From: a virus
Virus record (IMG/VR): IMGVR_UViG_3300031372_000011
Location: 1 to 46,237 of that record
Length of the DNA: 46,237 nucleotides
Direction: 5' to 3' (one strand)
Shown in pieces: positions 1 through 6,609 of the stretch. Under the pieces are notes generated by a model. The model was not told the DNA's origin and made no database searches. It saw only the letters and a list, made by a program, of their open reading frames with translations. Both the position numbers and the translations under genes were made by a program. Numbering within the stretch: the first letter of the stretch is position 1; every line of letters begins with the position of its first letter.

Positions 1-127
1 ACAGCTGGCTATGCCACATCAAGCCCAGCTCCGGCATGGTCATGCGGCGATGTCGTTTATCAAGTCACGGATAAGGGCCGTGAATTGGCTGTTGCCGCAC
101 TGCCGATGCCGAAAAAGAAAAAAGAAA
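1..127. repeat. Terminal redundancy copy 1, identical to 46111-46237
   Basis: Base-by-base comparison of the two ends shows 127/127 identity. A length of 127 is typical of a k-mer overlap in a circular de Bruijn contig. Confidence 0.95.
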
Positions 128-393
128 CGCTCTACGACAAGTTTCTCGATTACGACTGCTGCCAAACATTCACTGAGTTTTTACTCGGTAATCGCGCCCC
201 ACAAATTGAATCCAGGATCGGCTTCAAGAAAGGAAAATACCGGATGTACCGCGAATTGCGCTGCGAGTATTACGGCGATATTCGGCGGGATGTTGAGGGT
301 GATTGGTGCGACACGGTGACAGCGGCCAAGGCCAGTTACAAGCAGGCGCTGAAAGCGTACAAGGCCAGGCATAGAACGGAGCGCGCAGCATGA
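1..393 (+). CDS. Hypothetical early protein, 3' part of a gene that crosses the circular junction (5' part at 45982-46237)
   Basis: Frame 1 is open from base 1 (TAGYATSSPAPAWSCGDVVYQV...) to the stop at 391-393. It is in frame with the ORF starting at ATG 45982, taken through the 127-nt overlap. Confidence 0.6.
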   Translation, partial: TAGYATSSPAPAWSCGDVVYQVTDKGRELAVAALPMPKKKKETLYDKFLDYDCCQTFTEFLLGNRAPQIESRIGFKKGKYRMYRELRCEYYGDIRRDVEGDWCDTVTAAKASYKQALKAYKARHRTERAA

Positions 394-887
394 AGAATAA
401 CAACGAGTCTGATAAAAAATACTGCTATCGCTATGTCGATGGCAATGATTCCCAGGGGCGCCCGATCGTCATGTTGTGGGAGCGCGTCATCCTGCGCGAA
501 ACCGAAAAGACGTTTTGGCACGTTCACGATCTGCCTTACATGTCACTTGAGAAAATGCGCCAGTATCATTCCAGGCCAAGCAATAAGCAGGTAAAGCGCT
601 GCCTGAAGAATGCCGCCCGCTCCGGCTATCACATGACCAAAGAGCAGGCTATGCAGGCGTTTCTCTACCGCAAGGCGTTCCAGCTTAACCGGATTTTGCT
701 TACCGCTGAGACAATTGAGCTTTGCCTGAAAGGGCTGCAAAACGCTGGATATGTCCGCAACATCGGCTTTGATGATGGACTGCAGATCAACCGGCGCGGG
801 GATGTCGTCAACGTTCCTGATGGCGAATTCCTCGCTGCTGAACATCCCGGCCCTGTTGCCTCCACTTATAGCTGGGGAGAATACTGA
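390..887 (+). CDS. Hypothetical protein (165 aa)
   Basis: The ORF has an ATGA start/stop overlap with the upstream gene and sits in a co-oriented early operon. No motif was recognised. Confidence 0.6.
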   Translation: MKNNNESDKKYCYRYVDGNDSQGRPIVMLWERVILRETEKTFWHVHDLPYMSLEKMRQYHSRPSNKQVKRCLKNAARSGYHMTKEQAMQAFLYRKAFQLNRILLTAETIELCLKGLQNAGYVRNIGFDDGLQINRRGDVVNVPDGEFLAAEHPGPVASTYSWGEY

Positions 888-1234
888 TGGGAAAGGTAAC
901 TTTTGTTGTCGATTTTATTGATGGGCTGGAGCCGCAGGTCAGCGCGGATACCGCAGTATTCGGCGGGAAATTGGTATCCGTCGCCTGGCGCGATACGGTC
1001 AGCGGGAAAGCAATTCCCGTAACTGAAAGCCTGCCCCCAGAAAACGAATCCGCCCTGCTGTTCGATGCCAAAGGCGAGGGCTGGATCATCGGCTGGCGCA
1101 GCGTGTGGCGCACCCTGGGCGGAAAGAAAACGGGCGAGTGGCAATGGACATTCCAGATTGAAGGCCTAAGCCACGAAAACGTGAACATCACACACTGGGC
1201 ATCGATTCCCGAGGATCCGGAGGTAGCTGCATGA
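887..1234 (+). CDS. Hypothetical protein (115 aa)
   Basis: The ORF has a TGATG overlap with the upstream gene. No motif was recognised. Confidence 0.55.
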   Translation: MGKVTFVVDFIDGLEPQVSADTAVFGGKLVSVAWRDTVSGKAIPVTESLPPENESALLFDAKGEGWIIGWRSVWRTLGGKKTGEWQWTFQIEGLSHENVNITHWASIPEDPEVAA

Positions 1235-1800
1235 CCATATCAACTGAGAAATTGAAACAACGGATCGACCGCCTACGCAAACAAGCTGCTGACGTTAAGT
1301 GGGTATCGGCTCACGCCGCACAAGAAATGCTGGAAGTTGCCGATGCCCTGGCTGAGCTGTTGGCTGCAAGGGAGGCGCAGAGTGTGCCAGTTGCCGTGTT
1401 AGACATACAACGTAATCGCGATGATAAGCCATTCCTGTTGATCGAGAATGCCGCAGCGCTGGAACTTCCAGATGATACATATCAGCTCTACACCGCCCCG
1501 CCTGCGCCTGCGGTGCCGCCAATAATGAAAGGCATCACACCATACTGTCAGGGCTGGAATGAGTGCCGCGCCGCAATGCTGGTTTCCGGTGTCACCGATG
1601 GTAAACCGGTTACCGGCAACTCTCCGGTAATTCCGGATGGTTGGAAGCTGGTGCCGAACGAACCGACCACAAAGCAGTGGGCAGCTGGATACAAGGCTAT
1701 GGATGGAGGGATCGATAAAGTCACCCTCGCATATAGAGCGATGGTGGAAGTTGCACCGTCCCCAGGAGGTGCAGATGACAGCCACGCCACAGCTACCTGA
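1231..1800 (+). CDS. Hypothetical protein (189 aa), N-terminal coiled-coil-like
   Basis: The ORF has an ATGA overlap with the upstream gene. No motif was recognised. Confidence 0.55.
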   Translation: MTISTEKLKQRIDRLRKQAADVKWVSAHAAQEMLEVADALAELLAAREAQSVPVAVLDIQRNRDDKPFLLIENAAALELPDDTYQLYTAPPAPAVPPIMKGITPYCQGWNECRAAMLVSGVTDGKPVTGNSPVIPDGWKLVPNEPTTKQWAAGYKAMDGGIDKVTLAYRAMVEVAPSPGGADDSHATAT

Positions 1801-2011
1801 TACGGCAATTGTGGATGACCTGATCGGCACGCTGGCTAAGTACGGCTGGAACGTTGACCGCCGATCGCTGAGCCCAATACTGGTGGTGATCCTTACTCAG
1901 AACAAAGCACATAGAGAAGTCGCCAAGATGTGCACCCATTACTTAGAAGACCCAGAGCGCCTGCTGATTGAGCGGGCCATGGATAACAAGAAGGCAAACG
2001 TTAATGAATAA
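1775..2011 (+). CDS. Hypothetical protein (78 aa)
   Basis: An internal ATG at 1775 is preceded by AGGAGG (1764-1769). The longer track ORF from 1637 overlaps the upstream gene and looks like frame read-through. Confidence 0.5.
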   Translation: MTATPQLPDTAIVDDLIGTLAKYGWNVDRRSLSPILVVILTQNKAHREVAKMCTHYLEDPERLLIERAMDNKKANVNE

Positions 2012-2576
2012 CTTGATGGTAGACCTGGAAACCATGGGCAATAAGCCCAACGCGCCAATCGTGGCGATCGGTGCCATATTCTTTGAACCAGCCACCGGCG
2101 AACTCGGACAGCAGTTCTATACCGCGGTGAATCTTGCCAGCGACATGGCGGCTGGTGCCGTTCCTAGTGGGGATACCATTAACTGGTGGCTGATGCAGAG
2201 CAGTGAGGCACGGGCGGCGATCACCACCGATGCCGCAGTAACCATTAACGTGGCCATCTGCGAGCTCAGTGCCTTCGTTCGTCAACACGGTGAAGATCCA
2301 AAATATCTCAAGGTGTGGGGGAATGGGGCCTCTTTCGATAACGTAATCCTTCGCAGTGCTTATGAGCGCTGTGGCTTACCGCCATGCTGGAACTGGTTCA
2401 ACGACTTGGACGTCCGTACCATCGTGAACCTCGGCCGGCTGATTGGTTTTGACCCAAAGCGCGATCTACCATTCGACGGTGATCGACATAACGCACTGGC
2501 TGATGCAATTCACCAGGCACAGTACGTGTCAGCAATCCACCAGCGGTTATTGGCACCCCACCAGCAAGATCTTTAA
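2004..2576 (+). CDS. DEDDh-type 3'-5' exonuclease (DnaQ-like fold)
   Basis: Three Exo motifs are present: Exo I (MVDLETMG), Exo II (WGNGASFDNVIL) and Exo III (HNALADAIHQA). The ATG at 2004 overlaps the upstream stop. Confidence 0.75.
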   Translation: MNNLMVDLETMGNKPNAPIVAIGAIFFEPATGELGQQFYTAVNLASDMAAGAVPSGDTINWWLMQSSEARAAITTDAAVTINVAICELSAFVRQHGEDPKYLKVWGNGASFDNVILRSAYERCGLPPCWNWFNDLDVRTIVNLGRLIGFDPKRDLPFDGDRHNALADAIHQAQYVSAIHQRLLAPHQQDL

Positions 2577-2621
2577 TTTTGGCGGCCCGTTGCAGCGGGC
2601 CTAATTGTGTGGAGATAAACC

Positions 2622-2840
2622 ATGGCGAATGAAGCAAAACTTATGAAGGCCAGCGCTTGGGGTAAAAGAGAGTTTGAGGTGGGTTCAATACCAGATAATC
2701 GAACTATCAAACGCTGGATCGAAATAGGCAAGCTGCAGGGCAAGGTTGTTGAAGGTGCGATATTTGTCGCATCCACTGAGAAATGGGGAGTTCAATCTAC
2801 TATTTCCCATGCTGTTACTCAATTAATCAGGGAGTCTTAA
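2622..2840 (+). CDS. xis: Excisionase-like DNA-binding protein
   Basis: A 72-aa ORF lies immediately upstream of int. It has a lambda-Xis-like segment (NRTIKRWIEIGKLQGKVVEG). Confidence 0.6.
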   Translation: MANEAKLMKASAWGKREFEVGSIPDNRTIKRWIEIGKLQGKVVEGAIFVASTEKWGVQSTISHAVTQLIRES

Positions 2841-2841
2841 A

Positions 2842-4041
2842 ATGGCTGGCCGCCCGCGCCATCGGGAAAATAGGCACCTGCCCGATTGTCTTTATTATGA
2901 CAAGGACGCGGGCGTCTACCGATTTACATTAATAAACGGCGTAAGGAAATCACTCGTTGATGCGTCCACTCGTAAACCATTGGATCGCGCAACAGCAATT
3001 GCTATCGCCAGAGAATATAATAATAGGATGCGGCCAGAGGTGGCAGTATCAGTAGACTTTCTGATCCGTGAATCCGGTGGGGTACAGGGGGAGGCATTAC
3101 CGTTTGCTGAACACGTCGATCATATTATGGAAAGAGCTATAACTGATGAAAAACCATCAGAAAGCACCCGTGAAGATTGGAATAATGATGCTGTCCGCGT
3201 GAAAGCCTTCTTCAGTAATATTCCAGCCTGCGATATAGAGCTGGAGCACGTGAACGCCTATATAAAGGAATATCATGCAGAAGCATCAGCAAACGTGCAA
3301 AACCGTAAGGTCAGCTTCTTGAAGAAGTTATTCAGCTATGCGGTCGATGAATCGCTGATGCTCGATAACCCGGCCACTCGTAAGAAGATGCGCCGGATCG
3401 AAGAGAAAAGGCGCCAGCGGTTGTCCTTTGAAAACTTCATGGCTATCCGTGCCGCTGCGGCTCCATGGTTGCGAACGGCTATGGATCTGGCTCTGCAAAC
3501 GACACATGCCAGGCTAGAGGTATCACGTATCCGCTATACCATCCGAGAGCCAAAAAATGGTATCTGCGGTTGCCTATGGCTCGATCAGCCTGAAGATGGC
3601 ATTTATGGCACGCTGTACATCCACCGCCAGAAGGTGCAGAAGAAAGAGGCTTCACATGTGGCTATCCCGATCGGTGCCGAGCTAAAGCGGATTATTGACG
3701 ACAGCCGGGACAGCGTGGCCAGTCCTTACATAGTGCACAGGATCCCAGATCGAAGAGTTAAGCCCAGCAAAGAAGTGGCGCACCCGACACAGGTTGCCCC
3801 GGACTATCTCAGCCGGTCATTTTCTGCTGTACGGGACAAGCTCGGCCTATCCGATCACCTGGAAATGGACGAGCGGCCAACGTTCCATGAAATCCGCGCA
3901 CTGGCCGCGCACCTGTTCGATAACCAAGGTATCGACCCGCAGGCGCGCATGGCTCACAGCGATGCTAAATCTACCAAGATTTACACCCAGAACCATATCG
4001 ATTGGGTGGTGGTACCACACGGGGAAATCAAAACAGGGTGA
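2842..4041 (+). CDS. int: Tyrosine site-specific integrase (lambda Int-like)
   Basis: The 399-aa ORF has a C-terminal catalytic region (HEIRALAAHLF...AHSDAKSTKIYTQNH) that includes the terminal Tyr. It is adjacent to xis and to a tRNA-derived attP. Confidence 0.9.
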   Translation: MAGRPRHRENRHLPDCLYYDKDAGVYRFTLINGVRKSLVDASTRKPLDRATAIAIAREYNNRMRPEVAVSVDFLIRESGGVQGEALPFAEHVDHIMERAITDEKPSESTREDWNNDAVRVKAFFSNIPACDIELEHVNAYIKEYHAEASANVQNRKVSFLKKLFSYAVDESLMLDNPATRKKMRRIEEKRRQRLSFENFMAIRAAAAPWLRTAMDLALQTTHARLEVSRIRYTIREPKNGICGCLWLDQPEDGIYGTLYIHRQKVQKKEASHVAIPIGAELKRIIDDSRDSVASPYIVHRIPDRRVKPSKEVAHPTQVAPDYLSRSFSAVRDKLGLSDHLEMDERPTFHEIRALAAHLFDNQGIDPQARMAHSDAKSTKIYTQNHIDWVVVPHGEIKTG

Positions 4042-4170
4042 TGGTAATATTCGCCCTAACTCATTGATGCATAAATGCCGACTTATGCAAAAAATGCACT
4101 GTTTGTATGATCAGCCTGAAGGCTTGAAAGCCAGGGCTGGCGCGGCTTGCGGAGGATTTTAAACGGTGTC

Positions 4171-4215
4171 ATGGGGTGTCGGGGGTCGGAGGTTCGAATC
4201 CTCTCATGCCGACCA
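4171..4215 (+). other. attP core: 3' portion of tRNA-Pro(GGG), from the anticodon loop to CCA
   Basis: The sequence parses as ATGGGGT (anticodon loop, GGG), GTCGG, GGGTC, GGAGG-TTCGAAT-CCTCT (T arm), CATGCCG, A, CCA. No 5' half (acceptor 5' strand or D arm) lies upstream. From memory it matches the enterobacterial proL-type tRNA. Confidence 0.8.
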
Positions 4216-4228
4216 ATATTCGATAGAG

Positions 4229-4257
4229 AAACCAACCAGTTACGGTTGGTTTTTTTA
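4229..4257 (+). terminator. Rho-independent terminator following the tRNA-Pro fragment
   Basis: AAACCAACC (4229-4237) and GGTTGGTTT (4244-4252) form a perfect stem with a 6-nt loop, followed by a T-run. Confidence 0.7.
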
Positions 4258-4331
4258 TTAACAAAATCTTCACATGGTAAAATGATGGTAAAATGGTGGT
4301 AAAATTGCCGACATTAGCTAGGCCATGAGCG

Positions 4332-4733
4332 CTAAACAACAAGGTCGTCAAACTCGCACGTACGCATGTCATTGAGAGCATAGGTCACGACTCCAAACAC
4401 CTCGATCGCCCCACTGTCATCAGTAATATCATCCCCCTCGTCTATCATCGTCACATTCTCCGATCCGTCCAGATACTCCAGGCACCGAACCGGGACCAGC
4501 TTCAATCTACGGATAACGAACTCACCGCCAACCGAAGCAAGAATAACGCTGCCGTCTACTGCCTTTACTGCTCTATCGACAACTAGCGTTGCGCCCGGGT
4601 GGATTCCGGCCATGATGGCGCCACCCTTAGCAGTAACGAGATACACAGATGCCTTACGGGTGCCGCACAACTCATCGAAACTGATGCGGCTCTGAGCATA
4701 GTCTTGAGCCGGGCTGGGAAATTTTGATGCCAT
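4332..4733 (-). CDS. UmuD'-like (pre-processed UmuD / P1 HumD-like) S24-fold protein lacking the Ser-Lys dyad
   Basis: The protein (MASKFPSPAQDY...GEFVIRRLKL...VFGVV) aligns along its length with E. coli UmuD from Gly25 onward. The ATG at 4733 is preceded by GAGGA. The track start at 4748 is a TTG that abuts the SOS box. Confidence 0.8.
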   Translation of the reverse strand: MASKFPSPAQDYAQSRISFDELCGTRKASVYLVTAKGGAIMAGIHPGATLVVDRAVKAVDGSVILASVGGEFVIRRLKLVPVRCLEYLDGSENVTMIDEGDDITDDSGAIEVFGVVTYALNDMRTCEFDDLVV

Positions 4734-4751
4734 ACAATCCTCACACAAAAT

Positions 4752-4771
4752 TACTGGTTATGCATACAGTA
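4752..4771. promoter_or_regulatory. LexA (SOS) box overlapping the promoter of the UmuD'-like gene
   Basis: TACTGGTTATGCATACAGTA fits the consensus TACTG-N10-CAGTA exactly. On the minus strand a candidate -35 TTCACA and -10 TATACT lie just upstream of and overlapping the box. Confidence 0.8.
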
Positions 4772-4848
4772 TAAACACAGTAAAATGCGTGTGTGAAGAT
4801 CGATTTGGCGGGTGAGTGGTATGGCTCTGATCGTGAAGGAAATAAAGC

Positions 4849-4860
4849 CATGCCGACCAA
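4849..4860. repeat. Second copy of the tRNA-Pro acceptor end (CATGCCGACCAA), a direct repeat of 4205-4216
   Basis: An exact 12-nt match brackets the terminator plus the UmuD'-like cassette. Confidence 0.6.
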
Positions 4861-4958
4861 CCCTAGGCACCCATGATTGAATTTAAATGCTTGGTACACT
4901 CAAGGCGATTTGCTAAACTGCTGAATTAACAGTAGAACAAAGATAAAATGGAATTGAA

Positions 4959-5663
4959 ATGATTGCGAAAGCACTAAGACTCATGATTATAATTTCTACA
5001 GCATTTTTACTTGGCTTGCTATCATGTCACTATAAAACACCTCCATATTCTACGATAATTTACTTTAAAAACAAGATTTCAAATTCAATGCCACCTAGCG
5101 AGTTTTACATCCGTAATAAGCTTGATACATTCAATAAACTAAGTGAGAGCTCTGACGTTGTGTTTATTGGCGATAGCATTACAGACTGGATGGATTGGGG
5201 CGATGCTTTCCGTGATAATAAAATAGTAAATTTCGGCATTGCCGGGAATACCATTTCCAATATGAGCAGCTACTCGCAAATGGTTTATAATACCGGAGCA
5301 AAAAAGGCATTCATCATGGGAGGAATTAATGACCTAATGATAAAGAAAGCCAGTTCCGAAGTTGTTTTTGATGATTATAAAAAAACAATCACTGCACTGT
5401 CAGAAAAAGGAATTCAGGTGGTTGTTCAGTCAACTTTATTGACAAGAAAATCAGACTCGCTAAACATTAAAGTTTCAAATTTAAATAACAACCTATCAGA
5501 ATACTGCAATAATACGAAAAAGTGCTTATTCGTTGATTTGAATAAGCACCTATCTCGCGACGGCAGGCTTGATGCCAAATACACTTTTGACGGAGTTCAC
5601 CTGAATGGCGATGGTTATTTAGTGTGGGTTAAATTATTAAGGTCTGATGGATTACTTCTTTAA
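4959..5663 (+). CDS. SGNH/GDSL-family hydrolase, predicted lipoprotein or signal-anchored (moron)
   Basis: All four SGNH blocks are present: FIGDSIT, GIAGNT, GGINDL and FDGVHLN. The N-terminus has a signal with a possible lipobox (LLGLLSC). The gene is strongly AT-rich relative to its flanks and lies on the strand opposite the tail genes. Confidence 0.8.
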   Translation: MIAKALRLMIIISTAFLLGLLSCHYKTPPYSTIIYFKNKISNSMPPSEFYIRNKLDTFNKLSESSDVVFIGDSITDWMDWGDAFRDNKIVNFGIAGNTISNMSSYSQMVYNTGAKKAFIMGGINDLMIKKASSEVVFDDYKKTITALSEKGIQVVVQSTLLTRKSDSLNIKVSNLNNNLSEYCNNTKKCLFVDLNKHLSRDGRLDAKYTFDGVHLNGDGYLVWVKLLRSDGLLL

Positions 5664-5679
5664 GGTGGTTACCATCATG

Positions 5680-6600
5680 TTATGCCCTGTCAGATATCAA
5701 CTGGGCATCCAACACGCTGGCGATGCTCAAGCAACGGATATTGGCAAGATAGCCATAGCAACTGTTACCAGTTGGCACAGATGAATCTGCCGGACCAAGG
5801 TGCCAATTTCCGCTAACTTGGCTAAGGTCTGCCAGGCTGCCAGTTGTTGACGTACCCGTATGCAACACTGTGCCATTTCCATACCCGATAACCGCCCCTG
5901 CTGCCTGGTCAAACAACCCCGCGCATTTAGCAAACGCGATATACGGCGATTGTGCGCCACTGGCAACGTCCGATCCGCTCACTGGTGGGTTAACATTGGT
6001 TGCGAAATACTGCCAGGCAACGTTCTGTGCCCCCGCGTTTGTGTAGATAGTCTGCTGCCGAGCCAGTGCTTTGTTTGTCGTTGCATCCGCAAATGAAACA
6101 GTGATACCGAGCTGGTCTGTGCCGCTTCGGTCTTCGAGTCGTGCGCTGATGAGGTAAGGAACTCCAGATGCCGCTTGCGCCTTTGTCGCTAAACTCGATT
6201 TCAAATACACACCACCGCTTACGAGCGTGATAGATAGTTTGTTCGGTGAGCCTGGCACGAGCGAAACCACTGGAGCACCGGAAGGTGCCACAGCTAGCGG
6301 AATGAAATCAGGCGATGATGATAACCCATACAGTTTATCGATTTGAGCTGTTGTGCCAGTCCGGATCTTCAAACCAAAACTCGCACCAGCCCACGCAGAG
6401 ACGCGCCCCCACATACCGTTATTTACCATGAAGGTGATTTCATCAAGCGTGGCCGCTTCATCAACGATTACCCCACCATCAGCCAGCACGCGATTTTTAT
6501 ACGCAGTAAACAATGTTGCCGGGTTTAATATTGCGCCGCTGATATCGATGCCCGCCAGAGCACCCGTGTACAGTTTCTGTGAGTTAAATAAAGCTGTCAT
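5680..6600 (-). CDS. Hypothetical distal tail / receptor-binding accessory protein (306 aa)
   Basis: This is the last gene of the tail operon, directly downstream of the tailspike. It is Gly/Ala/Ser/Thr-rich. No motif was recognised. Confidence 0.45.
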   Translation of the reverse strand: MTALFNSQKLYTGALAGIDISGAILNPATLFTAYKNRVLADGGVIVDEAATLDEITFMVNNGMWGRVSAWAGASFGLKIRTGTTAQIDKLYGLSSSPDFIPLAVAPSGAPVVSLVPGSPNKLSITLVSGGVYLKSSLATKAQAASGVPYLISARLEDRSGTDQLGITVSFADATTNKALARQQTIYTNAGAQNVAWQYFATNVNPPVSGSDVASGAQSPYIAFAKCAGLFDQAAGAVIGYGNGTVLHTGTSTTGSLADLSQVSGNWHLGPADSSVPTGNSCYGYLANIRCLSIASVLDAQLISDRA

Positions 6601-6609
6601 TTGATATCC

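Noticed and set aside
1-127. Biological direct terminal repeats (DTR packaging)
   Set aside because: A gene reads through the junction. The length equals a common assembler k-mer. The HNH plus terS arrangement points to a cos site near 25.9-26.1 kb instead.
3794-4162. 122-aa plus-strand ORF
   Set aside because: It is an alternative frame inside the 3' end of the integrase gene and has no support.
4169-4381. 70-aa minus-strand ORF
   Set aside because: It runs through the tRNA-Pro fragment and its terminator and overlaps the 3' end of the UmuD'-like gene. It is not coding.
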